IMG/VR virus record: IMGVR_UViG_3300010885_055964
Coordinates: 32,001-96,000 of that record
From: a virus
DNA length: 64,000 nt
Strand: one strand, 5' to 3'
The position numbers and the translations under genes are program-made. Of this stretch, positions 9,893 to 19,461 are shown one piece after another. Under the pieces are notes generated by a model. That model was not told where the DNA came from, did no database searches, and saw nothing but the letters and a program-made list of their open reading frames with translations. How positions within the stretch are numbered: position 1 is the first letter of the stretch; each line of letters starts with the position of its first letter.

Positions 9893-10432
9893 ATGGATTC
9901 TTACGTCACAGATAGAATCAGGTATAGAGCGAATGCAGAGGTAGTACGTCGTCTGTTGATTAAATACTTTATGGAAAAGGGATATAATGAGTCATTTGAT
10001 AGGCAATTATACCCATGTATAATACAGGATCTACCTATGGTTATACCAGTATTATCTTCTAAGGTAGAAATAATTCCTCATATGGAAAATTTAGATAATA
10101 TACAAGGCAAAGCTGTTCTAGGATGGAATCTATTTGTGCTCGGAAATCAGCGAATGTATCTAGGTGACACATATCACAACGACCTGCAAACATTAGCTAG
10201 ACAAATCAAATCTAAGACTTTTTTGATACCTGAGGGAGTTAATCCTAATGCTACAAGGTTATCGACACCTCGCCGCATTATTCATTTTATAATGCGGGCG
10301 TTACAAGGTCATGAGGGAGGGTACGTAGATTTAGCTGCTCCCACTCACACGAACACTTTCCGAATGGGTGCTAATTTCAACGGCTTGGGTATGCAACCTC
10401 AGTTTTATAACCGTAGCGGATATGGGACTTAA
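9893..10432 (+). CDS. Hypothetical protein
   Basis: 179-aa ORF, AGGAG RBS. Confidence 0.7.
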   Translation: MDSYVTDRIRYRANAEVVRRLLIKYFMEKGYNESFDRQLYPCIIQDLPMVIPVLSSKVEIIPHMENLDNIQGKAVLGWNLFVLGNQRMYLGDTYHNDLQTLARQIKSKTFLIPEGVNPNATRLSTPRRIIHFIMRALQGHEGGYVDLAAPTHTNTFRMGANFNGLGMQPQFYNRSGYGT

Positions 10433-10859
10433 AATCATGCACATTGGAAAAGTATATGTAGCAGGTATGTTAGGAAATAATCAAGAGATCAGAATGATCC
10501 AAGATATGTTGAGAGCCAATCAAATACTAATAACATATGATTGGACCACTCACGGTCGGGTAAATGATAGAAGCCAACTTACAGAGATAGCAAAGAAAGA
10601 ACAACAAGGCGTGTCCGATTGCGATGTATTCTTTGCTGTATTGCCAGGCGGTGGAGGTACCCATTGTGAGCTTGGTATGGCTATAACACTAAATAAGCAG
10701 ATTATATTATTAGAAACTGGTAATGTAGAGGAGAAATCTTTTTATAATTTGCCAAATATTCACAGAATCCAAAACGTTGGTCCGGGTTATGAGTCGATAT
10801 ATGACGCCGTACGGCAGACAGTACTATTATTAAACCGTATCAATCAAAACGATAATTAG
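10422..10859 (+). CDS. Nucleoside 2-deoxyribosyltransferase-like protein
   Basis: KVYVAG, EQQGVSDCDVFFAV, GGGTHCELGMA; start moved to ATG 10422. Confidence 0.7.
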   Translation: MGLKIMHIGKVYVAGMLGNNQEIRMIQDMLRANQILITYDWTTHGRVNDRSQLTEIAKKEQQGVSDCDVFFAVLPGGGGTHCELGMAITLNKQIILLETGNVEEKSFYNLPNIHRIQNVGPGYESIYDAVRQTVLLLNRINQNDN

Positions 10860-10890
10860 AAGATAAAATATACTTCATACACAAACATAA

Positions 10891-10898
10891 TATAAATA
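10891..10898 (+). promoter_or_regulatory. TATAAATA T4-late-promoter-like element
   Basis: Exact match just upstream of the GGAGG RBS of ORF 10912. Confidence 0.4.
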
Positions 10899-10911
10899 AT
10901 GGAGGATAATT

Positions 10912-12504
10912 ATGTTAGTATGGTCATTATCTGTGACTGTAACCTATACTGATGGTTCGTGGTCAGGTACTGATTATACTTATCATAGAGGCACATTGAT
11001 AATTAACGGTCCAGATGTAGCGTCACTTACGCGAGTCAAATCATTGTGGGCCATTCTGGGCATGAATCCTAGTTCAGAATCACCTACTAGAACCGACGTT
11101 ACGGACGTAGTTTTTAGGTTTATGTCAATCTATACTAACTCATATATTAACGTTCTAGGATCTAATGAATCGTTAGATATTCAATCTAACGATACCCAGG
11201 CCGTGATTCAAGCTTTGCAAAATAACCCTGAGTTTAGTGAAAAGTTTTTAAGCAATTCATATGCTTTGATATTTGGGGCAGATAATGAATCGGGCTTATA
11301 TACTTATCCTCAGAGTGTGACAGCAGACACGTCAGGAGTATACTCATTATCTCGTTTAGATGGCCAGAGTAATGTAATAGTAGTAAGAAAATTGAGCGGC
11401 TCCCAAATACTATGGACCACATCTTTAGATAGCTTGGCTGATCATTCACCTAGTCGTATTAGGATTAATCCAGTCGATGGCTATTTATATGTGCTCGTTG
11501 CCAGCGGTATCATTAAAATATCGCCGGATAACGGGAATGTGGCTTGGTCTTATTATGATCAAAACGGTGGCATTAATAACTTGTTCTATAGTATAGGATT
11601 TAAATCTAACGGCGATTTGATAACTGTTAGCAGCGGGAACGCCCCCTTTGCTGCTAACAAGATAATCATAGCGACTTGGAGGGGATTCTCTATTTCAGCA
11701 GTTAAGTTATCCGAACACGAAATATCATTAGCTGGACCTCGAGAATTATATATCAACGCTGATATTCTTGTGGATTCATCGGACAATGTCATAATACCAA
11801 TAGACTATTATAGTAATGGTTATGGTACTATGGTCGTAAAATGGAATACATCATCCGCCAGTGTAATTTGGCAATATAATATTTATGAATCTTATTACGA
11901 TGATCAAGATCAAGATTGCACTGCCTGTGGTATGGACGATTTAGGGAATATTTATATAAATGGTTATGGTAGAGGTCTAACTAAACTCAGTCCCGATGGT
12001 AATCTTATATGGGCCAGACTGATTAATAGATATATGCCGGGAATGGGTGTATTTAGCAATGGTGATTGTATAATGTATGGTGATCCAGGTAATGATTTAA
12101 GCCTAGTTAAAATAAATGCACAAGGAGCGATTGAGTGGGCCACGGTGATAACGTCTACTCATGATTTAGATAATGGTGGATGGTACCTGTCGGCTAATTC
12201 GATGGCTCAAGTAGTTAATAATAGATTGTATTTGGTAGCTGGATATACTGTTTATGGTGAACATGAATTAATTATTAATCTTGGCTCTAATCAGGATCTG
12301 GGCACATACTCAGCTATCGATGGCCTAAATACTTTAGATCTAACGTTTACAGATAATGCTAGCGATTTGAGTATCGAGACTGTAACGCCAGTAAATGATC
12401 ATATAAGCATTACACATGTGCCTTCGACTAACTTAGTAGAAGCTATGATCAATCCGATAATTGTTACGACTAGTCAGACAGTAACCAAGATAAGCATAGG
12501 GTAA
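10912..12504 (+). CDS. Beta-propeller repeat protein with N-terminal domain shared with ORF 55571
   Basis: Repeats such as IIKISPDNGNVAWS, LTKLSPDGNLIWAR, LVKINAQGAIEWAT. Confidence 0.65.
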   Translation: MLVWSLSVTVTYTDGSWSGTDYTYHRGTLIINGPDVASLTRVKSLWAILGMNPSSESPTRTDVTDVVFRFMSIYTNSYINVLGSNESLDIQSNDTQAVIQALQNNPEFSEKFLSNSYALIFGADNESGLYTYPQSVTADTSGVYSLSRLDGQSNVIVVRKLSGSQILWTTSLDSLADHSPSRIRINPVDGYLYVLVASGIIKISPDNGNVAWSYYDQNGGINNLFYSIGFKSNGDLITVSSGNAPFAANKIIIATWRGFSISAVKLSEHEISLAGPRELYINADILVDSSDNVIIPIDYYSNGYGTMVVKWNTSSASVIWQYNIYESYYDDQDQDCTACGMDDLGNIYINGYGRGLTKLSPDGNLIWARLINRYMPGMGVFSNGDCIMYGDPGNDLSLVKINAQGAIEWATVITSTHDLDNGGWYLSANSMAQVVNNRLYLVAGYTVYGEHELIINLGSNQDLGTYSAIDGLNTLDLTFTDNASDLSIETVTPVNDHISITHVPSTNLVEAMINPIIVTTSQTVTKISIG

Positions 12505-12508
12505 GAAC

Positions 12509-12778
12509 ATGAAATCACTAGTAGAACAGAGTATTACTATAAAGAGCACGAGCAAGGGTCCGAAAGTTAAGACTATCTTCGATCAGGTAGAAAGAGGCCT
12601 GTCTAAATATTTAGACATATCAGAATTATCTGGTAAGTCTGCTGTCGTAGAATATCAATATGTGGAGGCACAGCTGACCAGTTCGCAAGTATCATATATA
12701 TCAATACCAGCAGACCTAGATGAATTAGGTGTAAAAGAATATATCATAGCAGCAATTACTCAAACATTAAATAATTGA
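12509..12778 (+). CDS. Hypothetical protein
   Basis: 89-aa ORF directly downstream of 10912. Confidence 0.55.
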   Translation: MKSLVEQSITIKSTSKGPKVKTIFDQVERGLSKYLDISELSGKSAVVEYQYVEAQLTSSQVSYISIPADLDELGVKEYIIAAITQTLNN

Positions 12779-12867
12779 AGGTCATAAGAATTGTAACCAG
12801 ATAAGTCTGAATAAAAGTATATATGACCAGCTAAGGCACCAGATATTAAGCACATAGAGAGACAGAC

Positions 12868-13566
12868 ATGACTATTAATTCCCTTTGGGTGGCTGGCGAA
12901 TTACTACCAATTAACCATCTCACGATCGCTTCTTTCAAAGCTAATGGGCATGAATTTGTTCTATGGACTTATGAAAATGATTTGAAAGCTGATTGTATCA
13001 TTAAGGACGCTCGCACTATATTACCAGATACAGAAATATTTTATTATAAGAATATGAATGGAGGTGGGCCTCAGTGGAAATTCGGTGGTATATCTGATAG
13101 GCTTCGTGCTGAATTGATATATGCTATCGGAGGGTGGCATGTAGATTTAGATGTCACTTGTTTGAGGCCGTTTGACGATTTGAATGATGAGTATGTTTTT
13201 GCACCACACCCGCTAGGAATAGTAGCGAATATTATAAAAGCACCCAAAGGCTCAGAATTCGCTAAACGTTATGTAGAACTTACAAAGAAAGTCGATGCAG
13301 ATAACACCAAATGGACTAAATCTTTTGACGGTCTTATTGATATAGTCAAAGAGTTAGAACTTGAACGATATATACAGCCTATTTCGACTTTTGGGATAGA
13401 TGAAGATGCCTATATAGTCCCATTATTAAAAGATTCTAAAATAGCTCCTTCAAAGGAGAGACACGCGATTCATTGGTGTGGTGCCATGCAATGGTATCAA
13501 AATAATGAGGCAGGCTCTTTTTATTCGTTACTACTCGAGAAATATAATGTTACTACTGAGCGATAG
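12868..13566 (+). CDS. GT32-like (alpha-1,4/OCH1-type) glycosyltransferase
   Basis: SLWVAGEL...TIASF, SDRLRAELIYAIGGWHVDLDV (DxD), AIHW. Confidence 0.75.
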   Translation: MTINSLWVAGELLPINHLTIASFKANGHEFVLWTYENDLKADCIIKDARTILPDTEIFYYKNMNGGGPQWKFGGISDRLRAELIYAIGGWHVDLDVTCLRPFDDLNDEYVFAPHPLGIVANIIKAPKGSEFAKRYVELTKKVDADNTKWTKSFDGLIDIVKELELERYIQPISTFGIDEDAYIVPLLKDSKIAPSKERHAIHWCGAMQWYQNNEAGSFYSLLLEKYNVTTER

Positions 13567-14242
13567 AGTTAGTATAGTCATACCATGTTACAACCAAGGA
13601 CACTTTTTGCATGATGCTATAGAATGCTCTCTAAATCAAACTCACAAGAACATAGAAGTAATAGTGGTGAATGATGGTAGTACTGATAATACACGCGATG
13701 TGGCCCACTCATATGGCCCAAAAATCATATATATAGAACAAGAGAATCGAGGATTGAGCGCAGCCAGAAACTTAGGGATCAGATTATCGACTGGTAAATG
13801 GATTATTGCGCTTGACGCTGATGATAAGATACATTTGGATTATGTCAAAAGGTTGATAGGAGTAGACGATATTGTATGTTCCTATCTCCGTTGCTTTGGA
13901 GATAATTATGATGAATGCAAGCTTCCGAAAGCACACCCTACCCATAATGATTTTCTACTACAGAATCATTTGTATTATAGCGCTATGTTTAAGAAGGAAA
14001 TTTGGGAGAAGATAGGAGGTTATGACGAACAGCAATTTATACGTGGAGAACAGAGAGTAAATGGTTTTGAAGATTATAAGTTTTGGCTACGGGCCACTAA
14101 AGCAGGTTACACAATTACTGTTGTTCCAGAATTTATGTTCTTCTATCGTAAACACGGCAGAAGCATGATAAGTGAGGCAAATATCAATAGGGATAAGATA
14201 TTAGCATACATGCGACAAGAATTCCCATTAATAAATCAATGA
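13547..14242 (+). CDS. GT2 glycosyltransferase
   Basis: VSIVIPCYNQG, VVNDGSTD, LDADD, FEDYKFW; start moved to ATG 13547. Confidence 0.9.
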   Translation: MLLLSDRVSIVIPCYNQGHFLHDAIECSLNQTHKNIEVIVVNDGSTDNTRDVAHSYGPKIIYIEQENRGLSAARNLGIRLSTGKWIIALDADDKIHLDYVKRLIGVDDIVCSYLRCFGDNYDECKLPKAHPTHNDFLLQNHLYYSAMFKKEIWEKIGGYDEQQFIRGEQRVNGFEDYKFWLRATKAGYTITVVPEFMFFYRKHGRSMISEANINRDKILAYMRQEFPLINQ

Positions 14243-14243
14243 T

Positions 14244-14759
14244 ATGGGCAGACTCAGAAACATATACGAAGAAGATTCTGATTTTAATCTAAGCATATTC
14301 GACCAGCCCAGACGCAAAATATTAAGAATAGATCCTGATGACTCGAGAAGATTTACACTAGAGTTGTATCGTGGCTTTGACGCTGATTTAAGTAAGATAC
14401 AAAAAGATAAGAATGGATCTTTAATTTTTAGCCCTAAGAAAAGCCAACAGGGTTTGATTTGGTTTACGCATCAGATGATTAGTCATCATGATCCTGTTGA
14501 ATATGCTAAGGCTCATGGCGAATGGTTATTAACATATCCTTTAGAGTGCATTAGGCATTTTACTAGGCGTTGGTATGATGACGGTGACTATTATGACGAT
14601 ATACCAGAGAGCATTAAAAAGCAGACTGTACACACAGAGAATTGTAGATATTATATGGGTATAGAGTTGCCTGAAGGTTGGGTTTTTAGTTATAAAACAC
14701 AAAAATTCATTGGTTGCTCTAACGAGTTGTTGGTGAGTGCCGATATGATATCCAAGTAA
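14244..14759 (+). CDS. Hypothetical protein, possible ADP-ribosyltransferase-like fold
   Basis: LYRG...GLIWFT...EYA pattern; N-terminus MGRLRNIYEE. Confidence 0.4.
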   Translation: MGRLRNIYEEDSDFNLSIFDQPRRKILRIDPDDSRRFTLELYRGFDADLSKIQKDKNGSLIFSPKKSQQGLIWFTHQMISHHDPVEYAKAHGEWLLTYPLECIRHFTRRWYDDGDYYDDIPESIKKQTVHTENCRYYMGIELPEGWVFSYKTQKFIGCSNELLVSADMISK

Positions 14760-15544
14760 TGATACTACCACACGATAAAAACGAATATCTTATATCTAAA
14801 CGATTAGTAGTAGCGATGGTTGAATATACGAGTAGGTGTAATTTAAGATGCTCATATTGTAAAGTAAGCCAACGCGATTGGGTCGGTGTAGACTTATCTG
14901 AAGACATGGCCACTATGGTCACGAATCAGATAATCAAGGCCGCTCCAAATGTGGTTATAATGCATGGTCATGGTGAAACGACTATGCTTAAGAATTGGGT
15001 AGAACATGCTAGTTATTTAGAACGTGCTGGAATTAAATTAAGTATTTGTAGCAATCTGTCTAAAGAATATGATGAGCAAGAGTTACTAGCTCTATCTAAA
15101 TTCGCACATATAGCAGTAAGTATTGACACAGTAAACGCGTCGTTATTTAAAACACTACGCAGAGGTGCCGACATCTATAGAGTATTATATAACATAGTCC
15201 GTATAAAGATGATAGCTGCTAGCTATGATAGGCAGATATTTATTACATGGAGCATTGTGTGTTGTGATAAAACATTACCAGGATTATTAGAGCTAGTCCG
15301 TTACGGTATAGAACTGGATATCAATGGATTTACTTTTTGTAATTTGACCGTTTATGATAATTTGAGCAATGATATGAATCTAATACATATATCGGAGTTA
15401 TCTATTGACGACTGTGTCCGAGCTTTAGATATATTCGACCAAATAAAAGAATTATGTGGTAATAATAATAAGGTCTGCCAAATAAGCGCTGGTATCATCG
15501 ATACAATAGTTCAAAAATTAGAGTCATCAGGAGCTAACATATAA
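14759..15544 (+). CDS. Radical SAM core domain protein
   Basis: CNLRCSYC (CxxxCxxC), HGHGE, VSID. Confidence 0.9.
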   Translation: MILPHDKNEYLISKRLVVAMVEYTSRCNLRCSYCKVSQRDWVGVDLSEDMATMVTNQIIKAAPNVVIMHGHGETTMLKNWVEHASYLERAGIKLSICSNLSKEYDEQELLALSKFAHIAVSIDTVNASLFKTLRRGADIYRVLYNIVRIKMIAASYDRQIFITWSIVCCDKTLPGLLELVRYGIELDINGFTFCNLTVYDNLSNDMNLIHISELSIDDCVRALDIFDQIKELCGNNNKVCQISAGIIDTIVQKLESSGANI

Positions 15545-15864
15545 TGAATAATGAGACTAAGTACTATTCGGTAGCACCTCCTGCTGGGATGACTCGCTTG
15601 TGCTTAGATGCTTGGGGCAAGTGCTTCGTTAAATCCAACGGCGATGTGTGGTTATGTTGTAACAGTACTTTGGTAGGCAATATAAAAAATGACGAATTGA
15701 TGGATATACTCAATAATGTTCAAGCTCAGGCATATAGAAAAGGGCTATTAGACGGTGTTCTACTGCCTGTATGTAAGAATTGCATAGACAAACCAATATG
15801 CACGGTAGAAGCATTATCTTCTGCCGTGAAGGCTTTCTACCACTTCGGTCAATTCGATTATTAA
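15544..15864 (+). CDS. Stand-alone SPASM/Twitch Fe-S domain
   Basis: CLDAW..CFVKSNGDVWLCC...VGNI...CKNC; TAATG coupling to the radical SAM gene. Confidence 0.8.
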   Translation: MNNETKYYSVAPPAGMTRLCLDAWGKCFVKSNGDVWLCCNSTLVGNIKNDELMDILNNVQAQAYRKGLLDGVLLPVCKNCIDKPICTVEALSSAVKAFYHFGQFDY

Positions 15865-15866
15865 TA

Positions 15867-17207
15867 TTATGACTCTGGGAACATGCCGTGGGCCAGCATG
15901 TTGATTCTTATGGTCTCTTTATGTTGATTAACTGCTCGAGTTGTTATCCGCATATGACGAGCGATATGATTGATGCATGCCCTCTTATCACCATATTGTT
16001 TAGTGAACTCGATGAAAGAGTCACCTCGACCAGCCCAAATATCGAACACAAGTTGACATTCTCCATCCGGCAGAGAATTTCTTATAGCTGTTAATACATC
16101 TTCGTTGTCTATAGTCGCGGTGTGACTTTCTTGGTACATTTGCTCAGCTCCAATGGTTCTGTAAGAGACCTGTGAAATGGTAAAACTTTGACCTTCATCA
16201 TCATCATCCGAATTGTTTGGGCCATTGAGCATTAGAACATGCTCAGATTTAGTGACATATGCTTCCAGGAAAGGCACATCATCACTCTTACGAATAATAA
16301 TACTGTTATCACTAGTTATGATAGGGATATTATTACTTTCCGCCTTACACAATATATCTAAGAATTCCGCTGTAAACTCTGGTGGAGTTTTCAGGCCAGA
16401 CACGATAATAACATATTCTTTCTTGGTGCGTGTATCTTTATCATAATGATGTTCTATTTTCATCTTGGAGCAAAGGCACAATATTTCTTCTAATATGATT
16501 TCATCACCAGGCCCATGTATAAATTGAGGGCCTTTATGATGCTCAAACCTGCTATTCTCCTTGAGCATCTGTCGGAAATAGTTCCACAAGTATTCGCTGA
16601 AGAATTTAACCAACTGATCATCATCATTCAATATATTGTCAGGGTTATCGAATCTAGTGCTTATCACATGGTAAGATATTGTGGTTTTACACTCTGGGGT
16701 TATCTGTTCGCAGTTGAAATCTGCGTAGGCTTTTTGGTATTGAGCATGATCAACATACTGGCCGACAGTGAATGCAGTATCGCCAGACTTAATTATTTCA
16801 ACGCAGTTACAAGATGGGCAGATGGGATATTGTCTGTCGAACTCTTTATTACGACCATTTTTACCGATATAAGAAGACTTTAGACAGTGCCTGCAAGAGA
16901 ATCTGTATTTGTTATGGTATATTAGATCAACTGCACCTCTCCATATTGCTATTTGAAACTCTTCTTCGGCCACTGCACGGTCATCTTTATAATCAGCACC
17001 AATGGTGCTGCCTAGCTCTTTGATAAACCTAGCTTTGTGGTTAGCCATTTTAGGATGGCTCGATATCCTCTCTATTGTTTTTTCGATATATTTTTGCTGT
17101 TCTTGAGTTAGGTTAGCCATCGTGACATTAGCGAGAGAACCACGAAGCAGTAATTGGCTCATCTGACGTACTATCGACATCGACTTACTCCTTGTCGTTG
17201 TGGACAT
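15867..17207 (-). CDS. Sigma-70-like factor with Zn-ribbon and other insertions
   Basis: AEEEFQIAIWRG (region 2.1-like), CRHC...CPSC insert, FSEYLWNYFRQ (2.3/2.4-like), C-terminal HTH INHIARHMRITTRAVNQHKETI. Confidence 0.5.
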   Translation of the reverse strand: MSTTTRSKSMSIVRQMSQLLLRGSLANVTMANLTQEQQKYIEKTIERISSHPKMANHKARFIKELGSTIGADYKDDRAVAEEEFQIAIWRGAVDLIYHNKYRFSCRHCLKSSYIGKNGRNKEFDRQYPICPSCNCVEIIKSGDTAFTVGQYVDHAQYQKAYADFNCEQITPECKTTISYHVISTRFDNPDNILNDDDQLVKFFSEYLWNYFRQMLKENSRFEHHKGPQFIHGPGDEIILEEILCLCSKMKIEHHYDKDTRTKKEYVIIVSGLKTPPEFTAEFLDILCKAESNNIPIITSDNSIIIRKSDDVPFLEAYVTKSEHVLMLNGPNNSDDDDEGQSFTISQVSYRTIGAEQMYQESHTATIDNEDVLTAIRNSLPDGECQLVFDIWAGRGDSFIEFTKQYGDKRACINHIARHMRITTRAVNQHKETIRINMLAHGMFPES

Positions 17208-17284
17208 TAAGGGATTAATGTCCGTTATAGTAAACTACTCCCGTATTACTGAATTAACACCTTTGGATAATAACAGGAGCTAAC

Positions 17285-18133
17285 GTGGGACAATACTGCG
17301 ACACAAAGGTCCTTGAGAAAAACTGGTTCCATTGGCTACTGTCGTCATCTGTGCCTGATCTCGAATTATATCGGGAACATGGCTTGTTATGGACAAAAGT
17401 GATTGGTTCTAACCAGTCTAGCAGGCATTTACCTAACCCGAGAAGTCCTGAACGAACACATTGCATAGCCTTAGCTAATCCGATTTACATTGACAGCAGC
17501 AATGGAAGATTACGAAGACAAGGGCATGTGGAATATGCCATTGCTTCTCGAGCACTTAGGCAAGCACATCCTCAAGGTACAGTTATCCAAGGCAAGCACA
17601 AAAGAGTAGACTTGCCTAAGCAAGTACATCCCCAAGGTACAGTTATTATCCAAGGCAAGCACAAAAGAGTAGACTTGCCTAAGATAGAAGATCTGAGCCT
17701 CCTTTCCGATAGTTGGTTGCACGATTTGAACCATCCTCTGAGACAGATCGACGAAGTTATTCCTGCATTGCTGTCTAAAGGCTACATCCTTGAATTGCCT
17801 ACTAAAACGACATGGCATTCGATGTTGGACGATATCAACAAAATGTGCCATGGCATCGCTGTAAGGTTTAAACAACCCACTGACGAAGAACAAGCAGACT
17901 TGGCCAATGAAGCCCTGATACAAGTAATACGTAAACTCGTAGATTACAAATTGGTCTATACGCCGGGACTTGCCCCAGTATTCAATCTGTTGACTACAAC
18001 AATCCATCGTTGCATGTATAGTATTATGAACCGCCGCAAAACCCAAAGAACAGGATTACAGAAGTTTAGCGATGAGGTTCAGGCTGGCATCGTCCCTGGC
18101 TACAAGTCAAACGTAAGGATCAAATCCTGCTGA
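17285..18133 (+). CDS. T4 gp55-like (late) sigma-factor-like protein
   Basis: MLDDINKMCHGIA...ADLANEALIQVI...APVFNLLTTTIHRCMYSIMNRRK resembles sigma region 2 of the gp55 type; GTG start with AGGAG. Confidence 0.55.
   Translation: MGQYCDTKVLEKNWFHWLLSSSVPDLELYREHGLLWTKVIGSNQSSRHLPNPRSPERTHCIALANPIYIDSSNGRLRRQGHVEYAIASRALRQAHPQGTVIQGKHKRVDLPKQVHPQGTVIIQGKHKRVDLPKIEDLSLLSDSWLHDLNHPLRQIDEVIPALLSKGYILELPTKTTWHSMLDDINKMCHGIAVRFKQPTDEEQADLANEALIQVIRKLVDYKLVYTPGLAPVFNLLTTTIHRCMYSIMNRRKTQRTGLQKFSDEVQAGIVPGYKSNVRIKSC
17561..17683 (+). repeat. In-frame tandem duplication (60 bp + 63 bp)
   Basis: Encodes QAHPQGTVIQGKHKRVDLPK / QVHPQGTVIIQGKHKRVDLPK; near-identical at DNA level. Confidence 0.95.
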
Positions 18134-18218
18134 AGACATTAAAACATACCCGATCGAGGTACACAAGATAGGGGTCCAGACTCCATACCGGTCCTCGATA
18201 GAATTATTGTGAACGTAT

Positions 18219-18500
18219 TTGAAAATAAGAGATCTAAAACCATACCTCTTGAGGACCCGACGAATGAACAAGTTGGTCAAAAGAGGCAAGGATGCCGATA
18301 GTATTCCTAATAGCGTTCTACAGGTACTCTCTCAGAATAAAGAAGTGTTAATTATCACTGCTAACCCGTGCCAAGGCGAATCTAATATAGCGGTATACAC
18401 CAAATTATTAGATGATAATGGGGTGTTGGCCAACACCTTAGTAGAGATACTTACCAATATAATGTTGACGGCCAATAGAAATGGTAAATGTACGACTTAA
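18219..18500 (+). CDS. Hypothetical protein
   Basis: 93-aa ORF, TTG start. Confidence 0.45.
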   Translation: MKIRDLKPYLLRTRRMNKLVKRGKDADSIPNSVLQVLSQNKEVLIITANPCQGESNIAVYTKLLDDNGVLANTLVEILTNIMLTANRNGKCTT

Positions 18501-19440
18501 AACACAGCCCCAACTGATTCGCAAGCGTACAATAGTAGCCGTTCCGCCCAATATAGTGGTTAGTCATGCTAGATCACGTATGAGGAGCATACGTGATATA
18601 GCTGTACACCCTGCGACACAACCGCCTAAACATATACCAATACCGGTAGCTGTCGTTTCAGCAAAAAAGACTAGGTCTACGAAGAATATTTATATAGACG
18701 GATCTAATCAAGAACCTAAAGTCAGAAGACCCAAGATTATATATAAAACAAGTGATCCATCCCCAGACTCACGATCCAAAATACTAAAGTTAAAGAATGT
18801 CGGCCTAAACAAGGCCCTGTTGATTATAGGAAATGGTCCATCCATAAATGAAGTAGATTTCACATCTATTAAATCAATACCCAATATTCATACATTGTCC
18901 ATCAACAAGCCTGATCCACGTTTGTGGCCAACCAATTATTGGGCTTTTTTCGACACGTCGCAAGTAAGAAGACACAAGAATCTGTGGGATAGTTATGATG
19001 GCATAATATTTAACAGTACGGCCATAAAGAATCAGAAACCTAGTTCTATGCAATTTAAGAATATCGGCGGGAAAGGATTTAACCTAGACCCATCCCAAGG
19101 CATATATATTGGAAGATCATCAGTCTACGCTGCAATGCAAATAGCCATATGGATGAATTATCTAGAGATTTTTATTTTCGGTTGTGATATGAATCCTGCT
19201 GGCATCAATGGAGTATTACATTTCTATGGCGATAATCCAGATGTAAACCCAGTAGTGAGAAAGAATAGATTCAAGAACGAGGCTGAATACTATGATTTGG
19301 CGGCCGAAACATTAGACGAGCCATTAAGAAAACGGATATATTTTTGTTCTACTTATAATCACTGGAGCTTTGTAAGAAGATTTAATTCACTAGATCACAA
19401 GGAGGCTGTTGATTATATAGTAAATAAATACCAACAATGA
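18481..19440 (+). CDS. DUF115/MptE-like (Maf or sialyltransferase-fold) protein with basic N-terminal extension
   Basis: LIIGNGPSI, SSVYAAMQIAIWMNYLEIFIFGCDM, HFY. Confidence 0.7.
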   Translation: MVNVRLKTQPQLIRKRTIVAVPPNIVVSHARSRMRSIRDIAVHPATQPPKHIPIPVAVVSAKKTRSTKNIYIDGSNQEPKVRRPKIIYKTSDPSPDSRSKILKLKNVGLNKALLIIGNGPSINEVDFTSIKSIPNIHTLSINKPDPRLWPTNYWAFFDTSQVRRHKNLWDSYDGIIFNSTAIKNQKPSSMQFKNIGGKGFNLDPSQGIYIGRSSVYAAMQIAIWMNYLEIFIFGCDMNPAGINGVLHFYGDNPDVNPVVRKNRFKNEAEYYDLAAETLDEPLRKRIYFCSTYNHWSFVRRFNSLDHKEAVDYIVNKYQQ

Positions 19441-19461
19441 TACTATAAATGGAGCTGAGCA

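Noticed and set aside
17510-18046. 178-aa antisense ORF
   Set aside because: Mirror of the gp55-like gene, lengthened by the tandem repeat; no independent motifs
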